Assembly (NCBI GenBank): GCA_001774685.1
Contig: MFAS01000001.1
Location: 351,557-415,556, forward strand
DNA: 64,000 nt
From: Candidatus Collierbacteria bacterium RIFOXYD2_FULL_45_13
GTDB taxonomy: Bacteria; Patescibacteriota; Microgenomatia; UBA1400; MFAQ01
Reading direction: 5' to 3'
The number at the start of each line of letters is the position of its first letter. The stretch's first letter is position 1. Below the pieces are notes generated by a model, which worked only from the letters and a program-made list of their open reading frames with translations, was not told the DNA's origin and did not search any database. Positions 48,351 through 56,748 of this stretch are shown piece after piece. The position numbers and the translations under genes were made by a program.

Positions 48351-48917
48351 ATGTTTCGCTCACTTTTCCAAAAAATTGTAAGACAAAGATCTGAAGTTGT
48401 TATTAGTCGCATCTTTCCATTTCTCAAAGACTCAAAAAAGATTTTAGATATTGGTTCTGGGACGGGTGATGTAGCATTTCTGCTAGGGGAACATGGAAAA
48501 GACGTAACGCCTGTTGATGTTAGCGATTTTCATGGTCCTAGACTTGTAAAAACCACGATCTACGACGGACGAAAACTACCATTTCCGAATAACTCATTTG
48601 ATACTGCCATGCTGCTTATGGTTATGCACCACACCCCTAACCCAGAAATTGTCTTTGATGAAGCATCGAGGGTAGCCAAAGAATTAGTAATTATTGAAAC
48701 TTCATACACGACTCCGATAAACAGATGGTTTACTATAGTCTCTGATGCTCTAGGAAATCTTCGCCTTGAAGCCTTTTGGTCATCATATAAATCTGATTCT
48801 GAGTGGAAGGAACTTTTTGCAAAAAAGAAATTCGAAATAGTTAAAACTCAAAAATATAACGACAGAAATTTTGGTCTCCCATTTCTACACATCGCCTATT
48901 ATTTACGACGAAAATAG
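48351..48917 (+). CDS. Class I SAM-dependent methyltransferase
   Basis: ILDIGSGTG, LPFPNNSFD, VMHH. Confidence 0.9.
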   Translation: MFRSLFQKIVRQRSEVVISRIFPFLKDSKKILDIGSGTGDVAFLLGEHGKDVTPVDVSDFHGPRLVKTTIYDGRKLPFPNNSFDTAMLLMVMHHTPNPEIVFDEASRVAKELVIIETSYTTPINRWFTIVSDALGNLRLEAFWSSYKSDSEWKELFAKKKFEIVKTQKYNDRNFGLPFLHIAYYLRRK

Positions 48918-49555
48918 TTTTTAACCCACTTCCTCCCAAACTTAATCCATCCAAAATATATTGTGCCAGACGCATAAGCAAAAATCCAACTGATAGCAGT
49001 GAATGATACAGCATCGGTAACTTTAAGAGATATTAGGTACCAAATTATCGTGGCGGGTATCATGCCCAAAGTCGATACCATAAAATATTGAGAGAATTTG
49101 AGATTAGTCAGTCCAAAAGCATAAGAAATTACATCGTGAAATTCCTTCATAAATAATCGAAATACAAAGAGAGTTTGTAATCCATAGTCTTTTGTCAGTC
49201 CGTCTAGCTTTTCTAAGGCGTCCAAACCAGCCACTTTTTCTACTACCTTTCTACCCCAAATCCTTCCTATCCAAAAGTTTGTTATCGAGGCAATCACGGC
49301 AGCGATAAAGGCATAGACCACAGACATTTGTCCGTATAGATAAAATCCAGCGAACAGAAACGGTGAACCACTTAAGGGGGCAGCCACATTTGTTATCCAT
49401 AAGCAGAAAATAAGTAGCACAACACCCCACGGTCCAGCACTTGCCATAGTTGTTCTTATTGTCGTTTCCGGTATCATCGTGCCAATCAAAATCATGATTA
49501 AAAAAGTGAGAACGATCAGAAATATGGGCAAATAGTTTCTTTTGTGAATCTTCAT
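48899..49555 (-). CDS. VTT/TVP38 (DedA superfamily) membrane protein
   Basis: APLSG, FWIGR.WG, R....DVISYAFGLT. Confidence 0.85.
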   Translation of the reverse strand: MKIHKRNYLPIFLIVLTFLIMILIGTMIPETTIRTTMASAGPWGVVLLIFCLWITNVAAPLSGSPFLFAGFYLYGQMSVVYAFIAAVIASITNFWIGRIWGRKVVEKVAGLDALEKLDGLTKDYGLQTLFVFRLFMKEFHDVISYAFGLTNLKFSQYFMVSTLGMIPATIIWYLISLKVTDAVSFTAISWIFAYASGTIYFGWIKFGRKWVKNYFRRK

Positions 49556-49617
49556 GCGATTGGTAAATTATACCCCGCCGATTCTAACTGTTTTGATCAT
49601 TCTCGATCCGTCAATCA

Positions 49618-49642
49618 GCCAAAGTGCCTGCTTCGCAAGCAC
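49618..49642 (+). repeat. Isolated terminal hairpin of the structured element (fragment)
   Basis: gccaaagtgcctgcttcgcaagcac matches the ends of copies 1 and 2. Confidence 0.75.
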
Positions 49643-49651
49643 GCCTAAATC

Positions 49652-50689
49652 TTATTTGATTGGAGTAAGAGGTAATTGACTGGAAATATATGAAGCAATT
49701 ACTTGCTGGGCAATGGGTTCTACTCTTCGGCCAACCCACGATGCTGCTTTTCCTATATTTCCAAGTAATAACTTAATTTTTTCAATATCATGCGGTTTCT
49801 TGATTTCATCTTGTAACGCACCAAGATTTTTCATTATTTCTTCTTTATTCTCTGGATTTTTCTCGTCAATTTCCTTACGAATACTATCAAAACTTGTGTC
49901 AATATCAGCATTTATGTTTACTGGACTATTGTTTCCAGTAGTTATGTTGATATTGTGTCCATATCTTACTTTTTTAATCATTTCCTTTTTATCATTGCTT
50001 TTAAGACTAATTCCTGTGAGAAATTGTACTCCCTCTGGTTTTATCTTGATACTAATATATGATCCTGTTGAGTCTCTCAATATTTCAATAAAATTATTAA
50101 ACTCTAGAATTTCTAAATTTGAATCTATAGTATTTTTATCAAAGGGAAAGATAGATCTCATAAGGTCAATATGTAAATTCGTGGAATAACTATCTTTTCT
50201 GTGCATATATAGCGGTTCCAATATCGCCTTTGCCATAAGTTCATCGGTCATATGGTCGCCGAACATTTTGATCTGAAATGTTTTTTCCATCGAATCATGG
50301 ACTTTGATATTGTGAATTCTAGAATCTTGCTGACGTCCATCCTCGAGGTCTCGAATAAACCTAAATATGAAACTTTCACTTTGACTTGTAAGGACATCTT
50401 TATCAAATGGAAGGTAGTGTAGTAAGTTCACTAATGCTTCTTCAAGAAATGGTTCTTGGGGAAACTTTTTACTTTTTGGGTCTGCCCACAAATAATCTAA
50501 GAGCATAGACTGTTGGAAGCATATCTTCCCAACAAGCTCCTTATCATTTTCATCATATATTCTAAAAGCGGCAATCCATACTAAAAAATTTCCGTTTACC
50601 TGATTGTTTCTTCCCGTGAGATTTACTGCGTGCGCCGTGTATATGCCACTCCCATTCCTAAATTTTATTTTTTTGAATTCGTCATCCAT
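49652..50689 (-). CDS. Hypothetical protein (possible wHTH plus helical C-terminal tail)
   Basis: AT-rich 345-aa ORF; LE...FIEI...IKIKPEG.FL pattern. Confidence 0.7.
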   Translation of the reverse strand: MDDEFKKIKFRNGSGIYTAHAVNLTGRNNQVNGNFLVWIAAFRIYDENDKELVGKICFQQSMLLDYLWADPKSKKFPQEPFLEEALVNLLHYLPFDKDVLTSQSESFIFRFIRDLEDGRQQDSRIHNIKVHDSMEKTFQIKMFGDHMTDELMAKAILEPLYMHRKDSYSTNLHIDLMRSIFPFDKNTIDSNLEILEFNNFIEILRDSTGSYISIKIKPEGVQFLTGISLKSNDKKEMIKKVRYGHNINITTGNNSPVNINADIDTSFDSIRKEIDEKNPENKEEIMKNLGALQDEIKKPHDIEKIKLLLGNIGKAASWVGRRVEPIAQQVIASYISSQLPLTPIK

Positions 50690-50856
50690 AATTTACAGCA
50701 ATTCTATATCTTTCAGTATCATAAGTATATGCGTTGTTGATATTTTCAATATAATTTAGTTAATAAAAATCCCGAGCTCGAACACTATAGGAAAAAACCA
50801 ATTTTTGCGTTTTCTGTCATGGCTACTGCGGTAGCCATCGTTCGAACCGATGTTAC

Positions 50857-51021
50857 GGCAGGCGGTGGCGAACCGCGAGACACGAAAGTGTTGAGCGGTG
50901 AGCCAATAGATTAGTAATGGTCCCGAAAATAAGTTCGAATTTCGTTATAACAGACAACACTTCGGGATAAATCGGGAGAGTCGGGGTAAGTCGCCCGCGC
51001 GCCCGCCCACGCGCGGAGCGA
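50857..51021 (-). repeat. Inverted att-like junction, copy 3
   Basis: Reverse complement of the first ~100 bp of copies 1 and 2, plus a 33-bp perfect inverted match to 52565-52597. Confidence 0.9.
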
Positions 51022-51130
51022 CGCTCAGTTCTTTAATAATCTGTATCTTTCAAAAAGCGACAGAAAACGCAAAAATAAATTCGGTAAAACTTCTGCGGAA
51101 GTTTTGGGTCTTTTATGGTTAAATGAATGT

Positions 51131-52726
51131 ATGACCAAGTACATTGCGTACTGTCGGAAATCAACAGACGAGAAAGATCGACAAGTTTTGTCGATCGAAG
51201 CCCAGATTGCCGAGCTAAAAGAATTCGCCAAGAGGGAGAAGCTTCACATTGTCGAAATTTTAGTTGAAAGTAAAACCGCCAAAGAGCCGGGGAGGCTTGT
51301 CTTTCAACAAATGATAAAGCTTCTCCAGTCCGGCCAAGCCAACGCCATTCTTTCATGGCACCCAGATAGACTAGCCAGAAATAGTGTCGACGGAGGTCAG
51401 ATAATATATCTCGTCGACACAGGTGTAATTACAGATTTGAAGTTTCCCTCGTTCTGGTTTGAGAACACCCCTCAAGGCAAGTTTATGCTAAACATTGCCT
51501 TTGGCCAGTCTAAATACTATGTCGATAACCTCTCTGAGAATGTTAAGCGCGGTAATCGCCAAAAATTAAGGAATGGCGTTTGGCCGAACAAAGCTCCTCT
51601 TGGCTACAAAAATATTGTCGAGAACAAATCAATTGACATCGATCCGGAAGAAGCCAAAGTCGTCAGAAAAGCTTTTGAAATGTTTGCTGATGAAAAATAC
51701 TCTTTCATTCACATTGCTCGCTTCATGGCACAAGGGGGAATAACAAGCGCCCTCGGGAAGCCTTTGAAGATTGACCAAATCAAAAGTATGCTCCAGAAAA
51801 AATTCTACATCGGCACGATGGAATTTAATGGCGAAGAGTTCAAGGCTTCCCATCCAACTTTCATCAGCAAACAACTTTTTGAAAGAGTCCAAAGTAACAT
51901 TCAAAAGTTTTCTAGACCAAGGGAAACCAGTCACGACTTTGCTTTTTCCGGTTTGATGCGGTGTGGGGAGTGCGGCGCTACCATCACGGCTGAGCAACAC
52001 ATCAAGCACTACAAAAGAACCAATCGCACAGTCAAATATATTTACTATCGCTGTACAAAGAAAATAAAGGCCTGTTCTCAGCCGTATCTGGAAGAAAACA
52101 ATCTCTTTGATCAACTGAAGAGTGAGATTGGCCCCTCCGCCCTCCCCAAATCTTGGCAACGTGAGTGGAAAACTCGATTGGCACAGGATAAAGTCCTAGC
52201 GGATGAGTCCAAAGAAAAAGTTCTCGCCCTGCTTCATACCCAAACCGAAAGTTTTGATACCAAACTAAATACTCTTCTCGATGGATATCTGGACGGCACA
52301 GTTGACTCCGACATCTACAAAACCAAAAAGAGTCAGCTGTTCCAAGAAAAGCTCAAACTTGAGAGCCAGATATCCAAAACAGAAGAAGAAGGTTGTAGTT
52401 GGCTCGAACCTTTTTCTAAGTTTGTAAATAGCGCCATACTGGCGCAAAAAATCGCGCGCAAGGGTTCCGTGGACTCAGAACTGCGGTTCTTCGTCCAAAA
52501 CATCGGTTCGAACTTCTTTTTGAAAGATAAACAGATTATGGTGGAATGGGAAAAGCCCTTCGCATCGCTCCGCGCGTGGGCGGGCGCGCGGGCGACTACC
52601 CCGAAAACGGGCGGGGAATCCCAGAGTGTTGCCGGACTAGGATTCGAACCTAGAATATTCGCCTCCAGAGGGCGACGTCCTACCATTAGACGACTCGGCA
52701 ATACGAGCTCTATTTTACCTCATTAG
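51131..52726 (+). CDS. Large serine recombinase (resolvase, recombinase and zinc-ribbon domains)
   Basis: YCRKST, QVLSIEAQ, DRLARN, CGECG...YYRC; likely start MTKYIAY; the last codons overlap the tRNA antisense strand. Confidence 0.95.
   Translation: MTKYIAYCRKSTDEKDRQVLSIEAQIAELKEFAKREKLHIVEILVESKTAKEPGRLVFQQMIKLLQSGQANAILSWHPDRLARNSVDGGQIIYLVDTGVITDLKFPSFWFENTPQGKFMLNIAFGQSKYYVDNLSENVKRGNRQKLRNGVWPNKAPLGYKNIVENKSIDIDPEEAKVVRKAFEMFADEKYSFIHIARFMAQGGITSALGKPLKIDQIKSMLQKKFYIGTMEFNGEEFKASHPTFISKQLFERVQSNIQKFSRPRETSHDFAFSGLMRCGECGATITAEQHIKHYKRTNRTVKYIYYRCTKKIKACSQPYLEENNLFDQLKSEIGPSALPKSWQREWKTRLAQDKVLADESKEKVLALLHTQTESFDTKLNTLLDGYLDGTVDSDIYKTKKSQLFQEKLKLESQISKTEEEGCSWLEPFSKFVNSAILAQKIARKGSVDSELRFFVQNIGSNFFLKDKQIMVEWEKPFASLRAWAGARATTPKTGGESQSVAGLGFEPRIFASRGRRPTIRRLGNTSSILPH
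52629..52700 (-). tRNA. tRNA-Gln(CTG)
   Basis: TGCCGAG...TAATGGTAGGAC, anticodon arm TCGCC-CTCTGGA-GGCGA, T arm CTAGG-TTCGAAT-CCTAG; CCA not encoded. Confidence 0.95.
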
Positions 52727-52733
52727 ACATAAC

Positions 52734-52755
52734 AAAAGGCCGGATTACTCCGGCC
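52734..52755 (-). terminator. Probable terminator hairpin
   Basis: aaaa-ggccgg attact ccggcc. Confidence 0.5.
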
Positions 52756-52761
52756 AGAAAA

Positions 52762-53244
52762 CTACCAATCTGGAAAAATTGACTTCCAGCCCCCTTCAGC
52801 CAACTGCTTTCTGATTTTTTCCACCTCTTCCATGACGCCTACGCTATAGACTTCCTCAAAGAGTACCATCATGTCGTCAGGCAGGAAGTCCACGGGCAAT
52901 ACCAAGTTTCCGCAGGAAAAACCCTCAATACTGCTCATGTCTACGCAGAGTAGGGCGATCCATCTCAGTCGTTCCACAGGATCAATTGGCAATAGAATAC
53001 AGCCACTTTCGTAGACAGTTCTAAAGATGTCCATCAGCTTGTGATCTTGCCACCAGAAATGTCCTTGGTCTTGTGCCTCAATCTGAGATAGCCGATCGAC
53101 CACCTCTTCCCTTAGTTTTTCGACCTCCAGCGCCTCCGCCAAGATCTCCGCATTCTGTTTCCCCGGCATTATTGGCGAGAACAAAGAGTTTACCGCAGAC
53201 TCCATTTGGGCCTCCAGCTTGTCGTGTAGAGTGAATGTGCTCAC
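52762..53244 (-). CDS. Hypothetical protein
   Basis: 160-aa ORF with AGGTGA SD. Confidence 0.65.
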   Translation of the reverse strand: MSTFTLHDKLEAQMESAVNSLFSPIMPGKQNAEILAEALEVEKLREEVVDRLSQIEAQDQGHFWWQDHKLMDIFRTVYESGCILLPIDPVERLRWIALLCVDMSSIEGFSCGNLVLPVDFLPDDMMVLFEEVYSVGVMEEVEKIRKQLAEGGWKSIFPDW

Positions 53245-53254
53245 CTATTTTACT

Positions 53255-53437
53255 CTATTTACCTGTCTGGACTTGGTCACCTCCTTCCTCGTTTGAGGCT
53301 TCCAGGGCTGCAACCATCTCTATCATTTCTTGTGTCACAAACTCTCCCGCATCGTGTCCCCAAAACTCAATCTCCTGTAAACTAGTTGAATCTTTGACCA
53401 AGCCGGACATTTGAAAAGTTATTTTCTCAACCATCAA
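53255..53437 (-). CDS. Small acidic hypothetical protein
   Basis: 60 aa; GGGGGTGA SD upstream. Confidence 0.55.
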   Translation of the reverse strand: MMVEKITFQMSGLVKDSTSLQEIEFWGHDAGEFVTQEMIEMVAALEASNEEGGDQVQTGK

Positions 53438-53603
53438 ATCTCACCCCCTTCCGGCAAAAATCGTCAAAAAAAAGAGGCCCTTCGGCCTTTTTGACGACGT
53501 CACTTTTTGTATCCTGGTATTTCTTCATTCCCAGAAATCCAGTCTAGTGGAAATCTGCTCACCTGTCAAATCGTTCGTTTGGCTTGCCGGCAAGAGGAAA
53601 ATC

Positions 53604-54407
53604 TTATTTTCTGGCTACAACAATACCGGTTGACCTAAAACTTTCCAGCTCCGCTTCGGAGAATCCAAAGTCACTTTCCCATTTTTCTTTCAGATAGGGG
53701 ATGGTGGAGGATCTTTGGAACAACACTTGCATGCCCAAAAGTTTAAAGATCTGATCGTATTGTTCAAAAGAAACCGGCACATAATTTTCCCCACCTTCTC
53801 TTTCCCAATTATCGGCGTACATGTACTTCAGTAGGAAGTGGTTCAGCTGTTTGATCGTCTTTGTGGGTCCAAAGATTGTTTCAAAATCCGTCAGAAGGTG
53901 CGTGACCTCCTCCTTGGCTATTACCTTATTTTTTGTCTCCTCTACCCACAGTTCGGATTTATCGGCGTAGTCATACAAGATCATGTCCCGCAGAATCAGG
54001 ACACCGCCTTTGTTTAGTGTTTCGTGGGCATCGGAAAGGGCTTTGACAATTGTCGAGATTCCTTCTCCATAACTAAAAAATTCGTGAAGAACAGAACAGA
54101 AGAGAACCACATCAAACCTTTCCGGATTACTCAGCCTCTCTCGCAAATAGCCGTGCTCAAAACTTACATTTTTTCTCTCCCCGATTCTTCCTCGGGCGAT
54201 GTTAATGAAATCCTCGTTCAAATCAATCCCCACAAAACTCATTTCCGGATACATGTCCGCCAGTGCCAAAGTGATGGTTCCGTCTGCACAGCCCACGTCC
54301 AAGAGAGTACTGGCCGCCTGTGGTATGTACTTGGCGATTTTTAGCTTCTCCTGCAGGGGTTTACTCATTCTTTCCAAGTAACGTTGTGGGTTCACTATAT
54401 CTTCCAT
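53604..54407 (-). CDS. Class I SAM-dependent methyltransferase
   Basis: LLDVGCADG, GID, SVLHE, GGVLILRD; likely start MEDIV. Confidence 0.88.
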   Translation of the reverse strand: MEDIVNPQRYLERMSKPLQEKLKIAKYIPQAASTLLDVGCADGTITLALADMYPEMSFVGIDLNEDFINIARGRIGERKNVSFEHGYLRERLSNPERFDVVLFCSVLHEFFSYGEGISTIVKALSDAHETLNKGGVLILRDMILYDYADKSELWVEETKNKVIAKEEVTHLLTDFETIFGPTKTIKQLNHFLLKYMYADNWEREGGENYVPVSFEQYDQIFKLLGMQVLFQRSSTIPYLKEKWESDFGFSEAELESFRSTGIVVARK

Positions 54408-54470
54408 GGGTTCATTATATTCCATAAGATAGTGTTGACAAGACACTAAAGAGGGTGTATAACATACACT

Positions 54471-55142
54471 ATGACCATACAAAACTTCTTTGGGGTGGAT
54501 ACCATCTTCTTTACCCTTCTCAACTACCCCATGAGCTATATCGAGTTCTTTGGCACCATTTTTACGGGCTGGTCCGTATACCTTTCCGCCAAGAACAAGG
54601 TTATTTCCTGGCCAGTTGGGCTGGTTGGGGTCGTTCTATACGGTTTCTTGTTTTACCAAATCCAGCTTTATTCCGACCTTTTCGAGCAGCTCTACTACCT
54701 TCTCACGGGCTTCTGGGGTTGGTGGGTCTGGACTCACCCGGCGGCCAAAGAAAGAGATACCAACAGCGAGCTGGTCATTAGCCGGACCAGTCGAAACTTC
54801 AACCTGATCGGGTTAGCCTCCATCGTCATTCTTACCTTTTCTTTGAGCAGTTTTATGTCCAACATTCACTTGATTTTCCCGGTACTGTTTCCCGTTGCCG
54901 CTTCATTTCCCTTTATGGATGCCTTCACCACCGCAGCCAGTTTTGTCGCCAACGTCTATCTGGTCAAAAGAAAAATTGAGAACTGGTATCTGTGGATTAT
55001 TGTCGATATCATCGGTGTCTTTCTCTACTATCAAAAAGGAGTCATATTCCTCGCTCTGTTGTACGTCTTCTTCTTGATAAACGCCTTCAAGGGAGTTTAC
55101 GACTGGTCAAAAACTCTCAAAGGATATGCCAAAAAAGTTTAG
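54471..55142 (+). CDS. pnuC: Nicotinamide riboside transporter PnuC
   Basis: WPVG, LYSD, PFMDAFTT, IENWYLWIIVD. Confidence 0.9.
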   Translation: MTIQNFFGVDTIFFTLLNYPMSYIEFFGTIFTGWSVYLSAKNKVISWPVGLVGVVLYGFLFYQIQLYSDLFEQLYYLLTGFWGWWVWTHPAAKERDTNSELVISRTSRNFNLIGLASIVILTFSLSSFMSNIHLIFPVLFPVAASFPFMDAFTTAASFVANVYLVKRKIENWYLWIIVDIIGVFLYYQKGVIFLALLYVFFLINAFKGVYDWSKTLKGYAKKV

Positions 55143-56142
55143 TACGGGTCTCGTTATCGGTAAGTTTTATCCTTTTCACCAAGGCCATCAATTTTTAATC
55201 AAGACTGCCCTCAAGAACTCCGCTTCGGTAACCGTCATTGTCTGTCAAACCGATCGGTATCTCATTCCTGCCGATATTAGAGCCTGGTGGATCAGAGAGA
55301 CTTTTCCCAAGGTGGAAGTGCGTATCTTGAATCATGACGCCTCTCTGGACTCGGACTCTACCGATGTCTCCAAGGCCTGGGCCGATCTTACAGTCAAGTT
55401 TTTGGGCTATGCCCCAGACGCCGTTTTTACTTCCGAGATCTACGGTGCATCTTATGCCAAGTTCATGGGTAGTCACCATGTCATGGTGGATTTGAAAAGA
55501 CAGATTTTTCCTATAAGTGCTACCAAAATTAGATCGGCTGTGGATAAATACTGGAAATATTTACCGAGCGCCACCCAAGAATACTTCACACAAAAGATTG
55601 TGGTACTTGGTGCCGAGTCCACCGGTACTACCACCCTAGCCCAAGATCTCGCTCGTTACTATCATACTGTTTGGGTCCCGGAGTATGGCCGATTCTATTA
55701 TGAAGGTAAAATGTTTTCTCAAAACGCTTCTGACTGGAAAACTGATGAGTTCGTTCATATTGCTACCAACCAAAACCACCTTGAAGACGCTTTAATAAAA
55801 AAAGCCAATAGACTTCTAATCTGTGACACAGATGCTTTCGCCACCACCCTTTGGCACGAGCGTTATGTCGGCAAAGAGAGTCGGAAGCTGGAAAGAATTG
55901 TTAAGCGGCAGAAGCCTCTTCTATACATTCTCACGGACATCGACATTCCCTTTGTTCAGGATGGTACCCGGGACGGCGAACATATTAGACAAAATATGCA
56001 CCATAGATTTATCGAGGAGTTAAGTAGACGCAAACTAAATTACATAGTCGTCAGTGGAGACAAAGAAAAGAGACTGGCTGAATCGGTTAAGAAAATCGAC
56101 GAGTTAATTGCACTTCGAAATGTGCTATATTCGTCACCATGA
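55126..56142 (+). CDS. nadR: NadR-like bifunctional NMN adenylyltransferase / ribosylnicotinamide kinase, no HTH
   Basis: GKFYPFHQGH, ISATKIR, GAESTGTTTL, PEYGR, CDTD, QDGTR. Confidence 0.88.
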   Translation: MPKKFSTGLVIGKFYPFHQGHQFLIKTALKNSASVTVIVCQTDRYLIPADIRAWWIRETFPKVEVRILNHDASLDSDSTDVSKAWADLTVKFLGYAPDAVFTSEIYGASYAKFMGSHHVMVDLKRQIFPISATKIRSAVDKYWKYLPSATQEYFTQKIVVLGAESTGTTTLAQDLARYYHTVWVPEYGRFYYEGKMFSQNASDWKTDEFVHIATNQNHLEDALIKKANRLLICDTDAFATTLWHERYVGKESRKLERIVKRQKPLLYILTDIDIPFVQDGTRDGEHIRQNMHHRFIEELSRRKLNYIVVSGDKEKRLAESVKKIDELIALRNVLYSSP

Positions 56143-56744
56143 GGTTAACCGAAAAAGAAGCGAACACAAGAGACCAATACAACAAAAACGCATCTGAGTG
56201 GCTCAAGTATTCAGGAGGAGAAAAAAGACCTTGTTTCTGGTCAGCCGAAATGAAGGATTTTGTCTCGTATCTATCTGGAAGTACCGTTCTTGATCTCGGT
56301 GCCGGACCGGCAACCGATAGTAGTTACTTGAGAGAATTCGGGCTGGATGTCATCTCAACTGATTATTCAAGAAGTATGTTAGGCATTGCTCATTCCCTGG
56401 ACCCAAAACTAAATCTGGTCGAATCAAACACCTACCTCTCACCGTTTAAGAACAACTCTTTTGACGGGGTTTGGTTTTGTGCTTCGTTACTACATTTAGA
56501 AAATCCGAATCTTGCCATGTTAGAAGTTAAACGTCTTCTCAAAGAAAAAGGAATCTGTTTTGTTTCGGTCAAGCAAGGTACGGGAGACAAGGTAGATCCC
56601 AAAACGGGTTACTACTTCAAATATTTTCTTGACGAAGAACTACAGCACTTGTTCGGCCTCACTGGTTTTGACATATTAAAATCACAGTCAAGGGAAGGAA
56701 CTGTCGGCCATCCCTGGCTTACTTATCAGCTAATTAAGCCTTAA
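56139..56744 (+). CDS. Class I SAM-dependent methyltransferase
   Basis: VLDLGAGP, FDGVWFCASLLHL. Confidence 0.88.
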   Translation: MRLTEKEANTRDQYNKNASEWLKYSGGEKRPCFWSAEMKDFVSYLSGSTVLDLGAGPATDSSYLREFGLDVISTDYSRSMLGIAHSLDPKLNLVESNTYLSPFKNNSFDGVWFCASLLHLENPNLAMLEVKRLLKEKGICFVSVKQGTGDKVDPKTGYYFKYFLDEELQHLFGLTGFDILKSQSREGTVGHPWLTYQLIKP

Positions 56745-56748
56745 GGTC

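Larger units (their letters stand above)
39585..52631. mobile_element. tRNA-Gln-anchored genomic island / tandem array of serine-recombinase elements
   Basis: Large serine recombinase abutting the tRNA 3' end; repeated att-like junctions; AT-rich cargo; left boundary may lie further left. Confidence 0.8.
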
